A DNA stretch of 64,000 nt from Octopus vulgaris (GCA_951406725.2 OX597815.1:52452001-52516000); one strand, 5' to 3'; numbered from the stretch's first letter, positions 12,571 to 25,197 are shown. Numbers and translations are program-made. Notes: a model not told the origin generated them from the sequence alone.

Positions 12571-12573
<3 letters not shown>
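12420..12573. mobile_element. Possible hAT-like DNA transposon end with GTTAAC subterminal repeats
   Basis: Dense ttaac/gttaac repeats end in gcagctctg (CAGAG terminus on the minus strand). No partner end was found. Confidence 0.35.
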
Positions 12574-12641
<68 letters not shown>

Positions 12642-13016
12642 CAATTGCAGCGTGGAAGGTGTTTATAAGCCATTTAAGCGCGAAAATCTGAGTAACGGTT
12701 TTCGTGATACTTTTGCTGCTTTTTAATAAAGTATATATATATATTTATACATATACATACACACGCACACACATATACATACATACACACATATACAATC
12801 ACACATACACGCATATAGAATATGAATAAGTAACAAAGATGTACATATGTCAATTCATTACGGCCGTTTCAAGCGGCTCCGCTTAATTAATTAATGAAAT
12901 CATTACATCAGTTTCAAAGAAACCGTTCTCATCAGATGAAAGCATAGACTTCAAACATAATGGATAAACCATTTTTTAACAAATTTACATCGATATTGGA
13001 AACCAAAATATTTACT

Positions 13017-13262
13017 GGATCTTTTGATTTTGAAGGCCAGATTTTCCTAGTTAACTAGACAATTTGAAACTTCGTATACTGGTAGAATGTGTCAAAAGAA
13101 AACATTATTGTAAACAAAATTGAAAACAAAATTGTAATTCGTAACTTAAACGTAGTTTAATTTTAAGAATTTTAACCAATGAAATCCCAACATCTTCGAA
13201 TTTTAACCAATGAAATTCCAGCATTGCTGCGTTATCGATATTGATAAAGAAATATAGCAGAC

Positions 13263-13316
<54 letters not shown>

Positions 13317-13503
13317 CTCTCTCTCTCTCTCTCTCTCAAACACATGCATATACATTTGCACAAGCACATAGTAATTAATATATAAGCGTACACACACATA
13401 CAAACGACACACACACACACACACACACTCTCTCAAACACATGCATATACATTTGCACAAGCACATAGTAATTAATATATAAGCGTACACACACATACAA
13501 ACG

Positions 13504-13534
<31 letters not shown>

Positions 13535-14270
13535 CTCTCAAACACATGCATATACATTTGCACAAACACATAGTAATTAATATATAAGCGTACACACACA
13601 TACAAACGGACATATACATACACACACATACGCACACAAGCATACATTACACGTTCGTGTTTTGCCACTTGCCGCAACAAATTTGCACAAAAGGTAAATA
13701 AACCAGAAGGGGGGGTCAATGTTTCATCGTTTCGGGGTTGATAAATTAAGTACCAATTACGCACTGGTGTCGAGGATTTTTTTCCCAATTTATATCACAG
13801 CTTCCGACAAGCTGGGGGCATCCTTTTATGAAAAAATATTTCGCAAAATTTTACAATACTACTCACACTCCACGCGCAAACTCGAGACCGATTTAGGCAT
13901 ATTATTGTTTTGTTTTTGTTGTTTCTGGCCCTTCAAAACCACGGGAGAAGCCTTTTCGGTAAAAAAAAAGAAAATATTCAAAAAATATCGTTAATATTTT
14001 TATTGGGCGACGAAATTTATCGATTTAAGAGATATAGCTGTTATTTCTAGCACATGTAGAAGACAGAAGAAGAGGTAAATAATTTGAGCTCCAATGCTGC
14101 GATTTCATTGGTTAAAATTCTTAAAATTAAACTACGTTTAAGTTACGAATTACAATTTTGTTTTCAGTTTTGTTTACAATAATGTTTTCTTTTGACATAT
14201 TCTACCAGTATACGAAGTTTCAAATTGTTTAGTTAACTAGGAAAATCTGGCCTTCAAAATGAAAAGATCC
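13017..14270. mobile_element. Non-autonomous TIR element with ~175-bp TIRs, GGATC termini, perfect 8-bp TSD and nested cargo
   Basis: ggatcttttgattttgaaggccagattttcc.. is the reverse complement of ..ggaaaatctggccttcaaaatgaaaagatcc. TATTTACT occurs at 13009-13016 and 14271-14278. Confidence 0.92.
13262..13610. repeat. ~95-bp minisatellite with (CA)n/(CT)n, 3 copies
   Basis: tctcaaacacatgcatatacatttgcacaagcacatagtaattaatatataagcgtacacac occurs three times. Confidence 0.9.
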
Positions 14271-14804
14271 TATTTACTTTGTTTCTTTCTGTTATAACTA
14301 TGGCAGAACGAGTTTAGAAAATAATGCATACCTTGTTAAGCCTACTATAATTTAGAAGGTAGCAGAAGGAACAGCGGGGGGGGGAGTCAATATAAAAAGA
14401 AAGGTGATGTAGTTACTTATATTTAGAAGACTTTATGTAGTGTGTAGTTTTCAACTATTTGGAATTATCACCATTATCTAAAATACAGTTGACAATTCCC
14501 AATGGAGTTTCATGCTATTATGATATTGAATAGACATATTTATAAAATACACCATGTATCTTAAAGCAATCTTTTAGGCTCTGTTTATGCGTTATTTATA
14601 TTTTTTAAAAACAAGGACGCTGGAAAAAAAACAAAAAAAAAACAAACCGTGAAGAAGGTTGGGTCAAAAAATGGAACAAGAAAAAAGGAACGAAATCAAA
14701 AAAACAAAAATCCTCTACCTCCCCGATTGCAGAAAGCTCATTAAATACAACTGGTTTAGAACAAAATAACAGAAAATATGTCGAAGTCTACGCGACAGCA
14801 ATTT

Positions 14805-15265
14805 AATCAATAAAAGAAACCTGTCTATGTGTCTATACCTGCTTAAAATTTCAGCTCTCGAATTAAGCAGTGTGTTAGAATTGTTGGATCTAAGAAGAAT
14901 ATGAAATCTTTCGTGTACGCGTAAATTACATTTCTTAGATCCATTAGCACATAGTTTGGATTTCTCCACTATTTTCCACTTAGTTGTATGTGGTACGGAG
15001 CTGCTCTTCAAATTCTATACGTGGTTAGCCAACTTAGTTGCATTACTTTTATCAATGTGCCGTAAAGAAAATAGGTGGTTTGCATAACATCTCTTGAATT
15101 TGCTCTCACATAACCCGATGTAATTCTTCTTTTCAGTTGATTTATCTTGGAGCGTAGCTGTAACCTCAGTCTCGTATATGACGGAGTTTATCATACACGC
15201 CTGGTCAAGTGGGCAAACTTCAGGGTCTTGACGGCTACAACTGGGAGAGGTCTCTTAATGATTTT
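14805..15265 (-). pseudogene. PLE GIY-YIG endonuclease fragment
   Basis: CSCQDPEVCPLDQACMINSVIYETEVT..NYIGLCESKFKRCYANH..TKLANHV*NLK..WKIVEK..KKCNL..LLNSRAEILSRYRH. Confidence 0.88.
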
Positions 15266-15339
15266 TGCGAGTCATATTTATGTACACATTCACAATACAA
15301 AATACTGCACTTCTCCGATTCACACCAGACTTGTAAATA

Positions 15340-15555
15340 TTGGCTTCAAATTTTGGTATAATGCCAGAAATTTTGAAGAAGGAGGCTAGTCGATTACATC
15401 GACTCCACTGCTCAACTAGTACTTATTTAATCGACTTCGAAAGGATGAAAACAAAATCAACCTCGGCGGAATTTGAATTCAGACTATAAAGATGGACGAA
15501 ATGCCGATAAGTATTTTACCCGGCGTGCTAACGATTCCGCTATTTTGCCACCTTG
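15340..15555 (-). mobile_element. SINE family A
   Basis: tagtcgattacatcgactcc..gaaaggatgaaa..cctcggcggaatttgaattcag..cgtgctaacgattc. Confidence 0.85.
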
Positions 15556-16379
15556 AGACTTGTAAATATTCACTGAATGTTCCATCCATCATGATTCTTT
15601 ACAAGGTTCCTTCATTCATCTTTGATGTTATTGCAAAGGTATCTTATATTTTTTGAGATGTCGTATATTCATATTATCACGAACAATGCATGTTTGATAC
15701 ACTTCAAATGATTCCTGGAAATGAAAATGTTTAATGACATCCTCATTTTATTTCCTCGTGATCTAATGATTTGGTCATCACGTTCTTTCTCACTTCTGAC
15801 ACTTGTTAGCTCTCCACGCCCTTACAATCTTGTCAATACTGGGTTTAATGCAACTAATATTGGATAATTTAATAAGAGAGGAAAACAATTAGTTGATAGG
15901 GTTATTATCTGTTGAAAGATAGAAAAAAAGAATACTAATTATGCTATCCATCCAGCTGAGCTGTAGAATGAGAAATAATAAAGGCCACTGGCTACATTAA
16001 GTATTTCTGAACTGTGGTTGCAAGTAACAGCTCACATAATTCTGAGTTTAAGGAAAGAATTAAAAAAGAGAGCAAGCAATGAGCACATAAACATTTATAT
16101 AGAAGACCAATTGTATCTTGAAACACACCAAGGTAAACATTTTTATAGCCTTGTTAAAATCAATATTACTTTATAGTCATCGATCTTGGCATATTACAAC
16201 TATAACTGACGCTAAAGTCTCAGTTTTTCAACATAAAGCAATACATAGAATATTAAGAATCATGTAGCAAAAGATCACATGACCAGCAAGAGAGCGAGAG
16301 AGATAGTTGATGTAACATCGATTGCTAATTTTAAAATATTGTCGCAATGGCGATGGTTGGGATACGGAGACGTATGCAC

Positions 16380-16509
<130 letters not shown>

Positions 16510-17504
16510 CCCCCACGCATACGAGATGGAAGTCTTGTTAGAAGTGTTCTTAGTGGGCAAGCAGTAGTGAGTGAATGAGAGAGAGATAGAGAGGGAGGTG
16601 GATATATATGTGTATTACACCCATACAACCCTTTTAAGCGCTTCCCTGATTAATGCTCCTTCGTTCTTTAAAGTTTCGTAACGTTGTTTAGTTATGTTAA
16701 AACTTTTATGACAACGAACAAGAAACGGGTTGAATTTATTCAAGAATAAAATAAATAAAATAAACTTGTTTAAACTGCTGTTATATCACAGGGACACTTT
16801 ATCTTCATGTTTGAAATTGTTTTCAAATCAAGCAACTGTTCTTCGTTCTTGTATTCATAAGACTCATTTCTTTCTCGAAATTTCTTCTGATAGTTCTGCT
16901 GGCGTTCTCTTCGATATTGTCAGTAACCTGTAAGTTCGTGTTCATTCATATTGGTTCATGTTATCTGTTAGTTTCGACATCTTCCTTTTTTTGTTCTTCT
17001 CTCATCCACATCTATTGATATGGTGACTTTGGCGATGAAGGTGATGTGGTGTTCATGATGATACAAAAAATTATCTCTCAAATTAGGAAAATTTCTAGCT
17101 ATGTTTAAGGTGGAATGTATTAATAATAAAATAATTGTAAAGGAATATAGTGTAGTTGATAGAAACGATGTTGATTGTGATAGCAGTCATCAAGGGGACA
17201 AAAATGGTGATCTGGTACAATGGTTTTTTCTCAAAAATTGTAGACAAAAGTAAAAAAGACTTGCCTTTAGAAATTGCAATGACAGACGCACCCGAACACA
17301 TACACACATACACAACTACACTCATAAAAGTACTGATGATTGATAAATAAACAATTAAAGGTTGGGTATGGTATTGGTAGTGACGATGAAAATTATTGAT
17401 GTGGAATTATAAATTGTAAATATGTTGATGGTAATGACACTAAAAAGGAAATAGGAATGCAAACGCGCGCATGCGCCTGTGTTTTTGCGAATGTCATTTA
17501 TAAG

Positions 17505-17650
17505 GCTCTACTTTTAGAATTATGTGACTCCGGGTTCTTAGAGCATGGCACTTTGGCTAAGTGTCTTCTACAATATCCTTGGGCCAACCAAAGTCTTGTG
17601 AGTGGATTTAGTTGACAGAAACTGAAAGACCGTCGTGTGTGCATATATGA
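17505..17650 (+). mobile_element. SINE family B 5' fragment
   Basis: ggcactttggctaagtgtcttctac..gtgagtggatttagttgacagaaactgaaaga. Confidence 0.75.
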
Positions 17651-17871
17651 CCTTCGAAACGTGGAGTAGATGAAACAAAGGCGACTGAAGAAGGGAAATT
17701 TTCCTTGTTTTGTATGTCCTGTACCCATATATGCATGTATATGAACATGTAGAGGTAGGTACGTACATATATGTATGTATATATGCATATGTTTTATTTA
17801 TTTATTAATTTATTATATATATATATATATGTGTATGTATGTATATGTATATATATATATGTGTATATATA

Positions 17872-18068
17872 TAGTGAGAATTTACGAAAACAAAACAAAA
17901 GACGAAGACGGGTGTGTAAACAACAAACAGATGTATTTGTTTAATACTCGGGAAGTAAGAAAGTCTTTTATGCTTCGAGCTTACGCTCTTCGACAGAAAG
18001 GAACACAGAAATAAACAGTGAGAGAGAAAATAAGAATGGTTTAGTGGCTAGCGATCTATCATGGCGCC
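17872..18068 (-). mobile_element. Dispersed pLTR-like repeat with hammerhead-like motif (17965-18000)
   Basis: Homologous to 27630-27810. Minus strand: cttt-CTGTCGA-a-GAGC-gtaa-GCTC-GAAG-ca-TA-aaag. Confidence 0.65.
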
Positions 18069-18177
18069 AACACAAAGAATCTTTCACAAATTATACCTTC
18101 TCACAATACCAATCTGCTAAATAAAAGTTCTATTTCTGGGAGTTCCAACATTAATCTTGTTAATTCCAACCCCTCAC

Positions 18178-18222
<45 letters not shown>

Positions 18223-18225
18223 GAA

Positions 18226-18268
<43 letters not shown>

Positions 18269-18323
18269 TATTAGTATTAATAATAATAATAACAATAATA
18301 ATAATAATAATGATAATAATAAC

Positions 18324-18367
<44 letters not shown>

Positions 18368-18487
18368 GAACACTTTCCATACAATAACCATCAGAGCATC
18401 ACAACAAATCACAGCACATACCCAAGGCACACAGAGCTGTGCTCGGTAGTGAAGTGAAAGCACGCTATAAAAATAAAAATAAAACTA

Positions 18488-18527
<40 letters not shown>

Positions 18528-18580
18528 GTATTATTAATAATAATAATAATATTAATAGTATTAACAACAACAACAACAGC

Positions 18581-18622
<42 letters not shown>

Positions 18623-18629
18623 AATAATG

Positions 18630-18671
<42 letters not shown>

Positions 18672-18678
18672 GCAATAA
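18178..18678 (+). mobile_element. (AAT)n/(AAC)n array containing the 3' end of an R4/Dong-like non-LTR retrotransposon (18367-18492)
   Basis: acactttccatacaataaccatcagagcatcacaac..gctcggtagtgaagtgaaagcac matches the 3' ends at ~42615-42733 and ~44605-44722. Confidence 0.85.
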
Positions 18679-18719
18679 AAACATGGTTTTGATCTCTGAG
18701 GACAACCCCAACATAATTA

Positions 18720-19114
18720 AATCTATGTCTAATTATTCTAAGATCAAGAATTCTATATACCAGTGTAAAATTTCTTCCGGTACCGATGTCTACTTCTACA
18801 TAGGCGCATCCTCTTCCCAGTTATCTAAGAGAATTTCAAATAATTATTCATCATTTAGGGATAGCAGATAACGCCATAGTACAGGGCTAAGTAAATTGGT
18901 TTGGCATCTTAAAGACAACAATAAAGATTTTAAGTTAGATCGGTTCATCCTGTCCGTATCTTTTCCTTACGATAAAGGCAAGGGATTTTGTAACATTTGC
19001 AACTCTGAACTCTTCCATATTCTCTTCTCTAAGAATCACCTTGTTAATACACTTATAGAGCGATCTTACAAAAGTAAACACTGGCAGAAACATACCTTTA
19101 ACTCATATAAGTGA
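18720..19114 (+). pseudogene. PLE GIY-YIG endonuclease fragment
   Basis: NSIYQCKISS..FYIGASS..KRISNNYSSFRDSR*RHSTGLSKLVWHLKDNNKDFKLD..CNICNSELFHIL..KHWQKH. Confidence 0.88.
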
Positions 19115-19386
19115 TTTCGCCAGTCTTGATAGTTTGAACAGTTAGTTTAACTTGCACTTTACTTCAATAGAGAAATCTACTTTTAAGCCTTTGAACTTTT
19201 TTTTCTTCAACAAACGTACCCCTCTTTATTTGTTCTCTACTTATTATTTCTTTAACACCTCTCTTCCTGGTACCTGCCTTTGACGTCAAATTTACTAACA
19301 GTTTTTTAAATACTTAATAACGTTATGTTTATCAATTAGGCTCTCATCGTAATTGTTATAATGTCTTGTTGAGATAGACTCTCTTT

Positions 19387-19466
19387 CTTTCTTGATGAGA
19401 AGATTGCATTTTACATCGTTTATTCCTTTGGAATAAAGCCATATGTTTCGAAACATATGTCGAAAG
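19387..19466 (+). ncRNA. Type I hammerhead-like motif with extended stem II, downstream of a PLE GIY-YIG
   Basis: ctttc-TTGATGA-gaag..(tttattcc ttt ggaataaa)..tttc-GAAA-C-ATAT-G-TC-gaaag. Predicted cleavage after 19461. C3U variant. Confidence 0.7.
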
Positions 19467-19671
19467 TAAAAGAAATTAATAACATCTTCGTTCAACTCCA
19501 TTTATTTACTTATAATACACGAATTACTGCACATTAACCCGGAGTTTCTACCTTTGAATAGATCGCTTCATCCGTGTTACTAGCGTGAATTTTGCTACCC
19601 TGGTAACTGTTTATTGAATGTTCATGTTAACGGTAAACAAAGGATGATTCATTCATCCATTTATAAATATA

Positions 19672-19704
<33 letters not shown>

Positions 19705-19708
19705 TTAC

Positions 19709-19793
<85 letters not shown>

Positions 19794-19834
19794 TATATTT
19801 ATATATGTATATATATGTGTGTATGTGTGTTTGT

Positions 19835-20035
19835 GAGTGCGTGTGCGTCTTTGTGTCTATATTTATACCCCACCATCCCTTGACAACCGGTGTTGGTGTA
19901 TTTACGTCCCCGTAACATAGCGGATCGACAAAAGTGACCGATAGAATAAGCACCAAACTTAAAAAGAAAATTCTTCAAGTCTGTGCCACATAATGCTTGC
20001 AGTCTAATAACTGAACCAAGTAAGAGATAAAAGAT
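19835..20035 (+). mobile_element. SINE family B 3' half
   Basis: ttgacaaccggtgttggtgtatttacgtccccgtaac..gaccgatagaataag. Confidence 0.8.
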
Positions 20036-20965
20036 AGACAATGTTTACATATAGTGGATGTCACAAGAGTTTCTGGAGTCGTTCGTCCTAACCAATCAAA
20101 TTCTCACATGCTACACTTCCACCACATATATGAATATAATTTATTTGCAACTTATATAATTCCATTTTGCTGCCATCTGCAGATCCCTTGATTTCAGCAC
20201 CTACTGACAGTTTTTTCTCCTGTCTTAGCGGTGCCTAGGAGCATTGAAACTGCGAGGAAATTTTCGCATTAATGCGTGCATGGTCTCGCAAACAATATGC
20301 ATGTAAATATTTACCTTTAATAGTTCATATCTAATTTCGTTTTACGGTGTGCGGTGTAATAGCTCTATGTTTCAAATGCATGGCAAGCCTCCTATGTGTG
20401 AATGTTGTACTAGTCTGTCCAATTTAACTGGTTGTGTCCAAGAGTTTGCAACGTTCAGTTTTTACAGTCAGATTTATAGATCACATTAATCATCCACAAC
20501 ATACTGGATAAAATTTCATATAAATATAGAAAACTGGTTATGGAAACCATTCTCATAACGCAATAAAACGCCAAAGTTAACATACAAACACATCAAATAA
20601 TTAACATGTGACTAAGGATATAAAAAAAAGGAAAAAAACCTAACAGACAAAATTATACCGCAACAAATCCACACGTGATTCCTCATACATAATGCTAACA
20701 GCCAGTAAATCTTTGGCGGGAAAGTCTACATAAATCCAATCAGCACAAACACTAAAAGATATTCAATACAGCTCTTGCTAGTGAGACTGTGAAGGTTTAG
20801 AAACGTCGGATACATGTGTAGGAACTCTACTGTTGAAAACTAATTGTAAAAAGCTAATAAGAAAATATGAAAAATGTGAAATAAAAAAAGATGAAACTTG
20901 AACATAGTCGTGTATTTTATGAAACTTGGATAAGAGAAACGAATATAAAATTACACAGTATATAT

Positions 20966-21071
<106 letters not shown>

Positions 21072-21357
21072 TATATATATATATACTACAATACTAAAAT
21101 ATTTATGATTTCTAGGAATAACGCATTAATATGATTGCACATGTTAGCTTTTCATCCTACACACACGCACACATACACACACACATACAAACACACGTAC
21201 GTACGTATATATATGTACACGTAAGTGTGTAAGTATACGTGTGTTCGTTTGTGTGTTTGTGTGCATGTGTTTACGTATAAAATAAAATGATAAACATTAT
21301 GCAATAATAGAAAAATAAGTTTTATGAGTTTTTAACTTTTAACAAATACGTGTCACC

Positions 21358-21417
<60 letters not shown>

Positions 21418-21524
21418 GCTATCAAAATTTTCAGCGTGTATATGTGCGTGTATTAATATATATATATATATACACACACTTATATATACACGCTGAAAAG
21501 TTTGATGGTGACTAAAAACACATG

Positions 21525-21562
<38 letters not shown>

Positions 21563-21612
21563 TGTGTGTGTGTATGCACATATATGGATATATACATAAT
21601 ATATGTATATAT

Positions 21613-21650
<38 letters not shown>

Positions 21651-21697
21651 TATATGTATATGTATATATTTACATATATACATACACACATGCATAT

Positions 21698-21737
<40 letters not shown>

Positions 21738-22213
21738 AATTATATTCTAATATTATTTATATATATGCAGACATAAAGAAACACCATAATTATGATAAAA
21801 AAACTGTCTTTGAGTAGACTTGGAGCAGATATATAATTCTCTGCAATAGTAAACAAAGTAGATGAAAAAAATGTCAAAGGTAAAGTTGATTATAATGGTG
21901 GCAGTGTTTGATCAGTATTTCGTGATGAAAATATGAAGACTTAGCGAGCTGCGAAGATAGTCTTGGTAGTGATGATGAAGATGGTGGCGATGATTATTAT
22001 GTTGATGATGACTGCTATCTCAAGAATGACAGTAACAACATCGTCATCATCCCCCATTGAAATCTGATCATTGATACGAACCATTCTGTATATACATACA
22101 CCATCATTACCATCATCATCATAGTCATTGTCAGTGTTGTCACGATTTTATTTTCATTCTATTATTTTTCGACAACTCTACTCCATTAATATGCAAACAT
22201 GGAATATATGTTA

Positions 22214-22612
22214 CTAGCAGGATGCATTGCATTGGCCGGGAATGAAACTTCCTGGGGAGGGGGGGTAATTTCTTGAAAAAGCATCATGGTAATTTCAATT
22301 CTGCACATATTTATTGAAACACAACAATAGTATCATTTAGAAAAGAGATATATGGTAAAAAATATATACTAAAAGAAATAAAAGCCCCCATCAAAACAGA
22401 GCCAAAAATTATTACTTCTGGCAAACATGGATAAAAACATTTCAGCGAAAGGTTTTATTGTAAACAACATTTGTAGTTTTCCATCTTGAGCATTAACATA
22501 AGGATTCTTTCGGTTTCCAACTCATGGATATCCAACATGTAGAGAAGCAGGGATCTCCCAGCATTCGGCCTTGGTATTTGTTGATGGGCATTGAGAACAT
22601 TGGGTGTGTAAA
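22214..22612 (-). mobile_element. Helitron 3' end with decayed PIF1-like helicase C-terminus
   Basis: Minus strand across frameshifts: FSMPINKYQGRML-GDPCFS-LHVGYP*VGNRKNPYVNAQDGK-TTNVVY, compare FAMTINKSQG..PCFSHGQLYVACSRVG..TxNVVY. Ends in ..ctgCTAG followed by T at 22213. Confidence 0.85.
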
Positions 22613-22618
22613 TATTTG

Positions 22619-22873
22619 ATGTGGTCCCCAAAGTTGGCGATAGAAAGATCCAACAGGCTGTTGAAGAAAAGTGGGTCGATAATCGGGGAGCAAAAAGGGT
22701 GCAATATATTTTAAAACAGCAAAATAATGGGTTAATGAGGTTAAGTTTATTTGTGAAATAGAATTCTTTCGAATTTGCTGCAGAAAGTGGTCTATGTTTG
22801 TAGTGGTGAGTGGGAGTGGGATGCGGTTTGAGTGCCAAGAGGACAGCAACCCCCAAAAGTTTGGGAATCACTG
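22619..22873. mobile_element. Possible hAT/Charlie-like MITE
   Basis: Left gtggtccccaaagttgg versus right aaagtttgggaatcactg (reverse complement cagtgattcccaaacttt). No clean TSD. Confidence 0.45.
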
Positions 22874-22984
22874 ATCTAGTCTAACGTGCGGACAAAAGAG
22901 GCCGGTGGCAGGCGTTTCGTCCGCCGAATCGAGCATGCGTGTGTTAGGCATGCTCGATTAGGCGCCAAGAGAGCGAGGGCGTGG

Positions 22985-23013
22985 AACGAAGCGCGGGTAA
23001 ACGGCAGGAGTAA
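22985..23013 (+). other. Short 28S rRNA-derived fragment inside a GC-rich structured island (22885-23140)
   Basis: aacgaagcgcgggtaaacggcaggagtaa versus conserved 28S GAAGCGCGGGTAAACGGCGGGAGTAA (1 mismatch, recalled sequence). Confidence 0.7.
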
Positions 23014-23658
23014 GTCGGACACGTATTCGGCCACCGCCGAATTGAGGCTTCGCCGCAGCCGCTGAGAAGCAACCGGTGAGAGAGGAAAGAGGCGAAAGTG
23101 TTCGAGGGGTGGTAGTAAAGTAGGGAGAAACCACCGTGGAAAGAAATATTTACTAAATATTTCTAAGAAATATTACTGAATATCTTTGAAACTTATGAAA
23201 AAAACACACCAAAACATTGTGTTTGAAATATGAAGTTTTCAAGTACCAGGAAATACACAATAGGGGACAAAGAAAATCAACCACTGTGAAATATCTGGAA
23301 AATATTTTGTCTATAAAAACGTATTGTAAGAAAAGAAAATAATACGCCCTGCAGCCAAACTATTTCAGTGTAAAATGTGTAAGAAGCTGTTCATTAAGAA
23401 TTCGAAACTTGTAATCTACAAACGTATGGACACGAAACAAGAAATAAAGCCTTCAATTTTGCACAAAAGAATACAAAATTGGAGAAAATCTAATCCACAC
23501 TTTAGAAATAGTGACAAATGTGCATGTGCCCCCCCGTCCCGCGTATGCCTACACACACACACAGGCGCGCATGCACATACACACATATTCACCAAAAACA
23601 ATATATTAAATAACTAAATGTGACTATTAGTGACCATTTGTGTTCAATAGACACAAGG

Positions 23659-23704
<46 letters not shown>

Positions 23705-23712
<8 letters not shown>

Positions 23713-24765
23713 ATATTTCGGAATGGTCATATTGCCAGTTTAGCCAATAAAAACACACGCACTATATATTTGGTGTTATTTTGCTTCAGTGATATTTATT
23801 TTTTACATTAATCTTAAACTTATTTCGGCCAAAGTTCTTTCGTCACACTCCTGTGACCGCATCAGTGGTCCTTTGTTTTCTTCTCACTTATTTGTGTCTC
23901 TCCTTACTAACCGTCAGCCATTTTGTATTTCTATTGCATGTCTTCATTTGCGCATGCTTATATCTCTATGTGCGTCTATGTTTATTTAGTGTGTGTTTGT
24001 GGGGGATGCCTGTAATATTTGTATCTTCTGTTTATATACATTCTTGTAATTTGTATTTTGTTTTTGTTGTTGTTGCTTTTGTTCTAATTTTGTTCATGTG
24101 TTTACATCCACCCATTATTATCATTACATATGCTTGTATGTATGTATAACAACAATATTAGTAATAATAATAATAAATCTAATCGAAAAAAAAAAATATA
24201 TATATATATACACACATAAATACACATATACATATATATACATATACACATATACATTGATTGATTGATTGATTCCAGTTTCAGCTTATGAGCTGTGGCC
24301 ATGCTGGGGCACCGCCATTTATAGATATATATACATAGATAGATATATATACAGATATATAGTTATTCATTTCTATCTGTTTATTTATCTGTGTATTTAT
24401 TATGTTTTCAGGATCCTCTATCGTCATATGTTGTGGTGTGTGCTATTGCTCCATTCTAGTTTTCTATTCAGGCTAGGTTTATTTTCTATTATATGTGTAG
24501 CTTCTGTAATTTGTCTAATTGTTGCATTTGTTCTATGTGTGGACAATATCTTAATCTCTATGTTATTGATTGATCCCCCGTGTTCCTGTTCGGCGTGTTG
24601 GTACAGAATCGATGAGCTTTTACCTTCCTTGAGTTGTCTCCAATGTTCATTCACCCGCTCTCCAATGCTTCTTGCTGTTTCCCCCACGTATGTTACTGTC
24701 TTGTTACTGCATCGTCCCTCTATACATCTTATACTATAGGCTACATTTCTGGCTTTACAGTTTAT
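23705..24765 (-). mobile_element. 5'-truncated PLE of the same family as 7540-11330 (GIY-YIG + 3' repeat)
   Basis: Open frame NCKARNVAYSIRC..TYVGETARSIGERVNEH..LYQHAEQEHGG..RQITEATHI..PSLNRKLEW at 24424-24765. The 3' repeat is homologous to 7540-7700. Confidence 0.9.
23827..23871 (-). ncRNA. Minimal hammerhead motif (A9C-mutated) in PLE 3' repeat
   Basis: Minus strand: ggacca-CTGATGC-g-GTCAC-aggagt-GTGAC-GAAA-gaac-TT-tggcc. Confidence 0.65.
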
Positions 24766-24776
24766 ATATATATATA

Positions 24777-25166
24777 GACGCAGGTATGGCTTTGTGGTAA
24801 GTAGTTTGCTTTCTAGATACGCGGATCTGAGTTTGAGCAAGTTTCTTCTACTGTAGGTTCGGGCCGACCAATGCTCTGCGACTGGATTTGGTTGACGGAA
24901 ACTGAAAGAAGCCCGTCGCATATATACATATGTGCATGTGTGTATGTGTGCGTGTGTGTGTATGTGTGTGTGTTTGTACCTGAGGATATCTCTCACCACC
25001 TCTTGACAACTGGTGTTGGTTTGTTTACGTCTCCACAACGTAGCAGTTCGGCAAAAGAGACATGTACAATAAGTACCAGGCTTTAAGAAAAAATAAATAA
25101 ACAATCTTCAAGGCGGTGTCCCAGCATGGCCGCAGTCTAATGACCGAAACAGGTAAAGATAAAAGA
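24777..25166 (+). mobile_element. SINE family B
   Basis: tRNA-like head gacgcaggtatggctttgtggtaag, internal microsatellite, tail ggcggtgtcccagcatggccgcagtc. Confidence 0.85.
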
Positions 25167-25197
25167 TATACATGTATGTGTACACACGCACACACAC

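Noticed and set aside
15575-15830. Possible MULE transposase remnant (IMMDGTF on the minus strand)
   Set aside because: It is a single short motif among stops, with no TIR or TSD.
16780-17080. Possible RTE LINE 3' remnant on the minus strand
   Set aside because: Only compositional resemblance, with no diagnostic motif.
20770-20815. Possible hammerhead (ctagtga..gaaacgtc)
   Set aside because: The core box is scrambled and stems I and II pair poorly.
22885-23140. HDV-like (R2-type) ribozyme or functional rRNA gene
   Set aside because: I could not build the P1/P3/L3 nested pseudoknot on either strand, and the 28S match is only ~29 nt.
24424-25104. 226-aa ORF as an intact gene
   Set aside because: The N-terminal half is antisense SINE B sequence. 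Only the GIY-YIG half is real coding relic.
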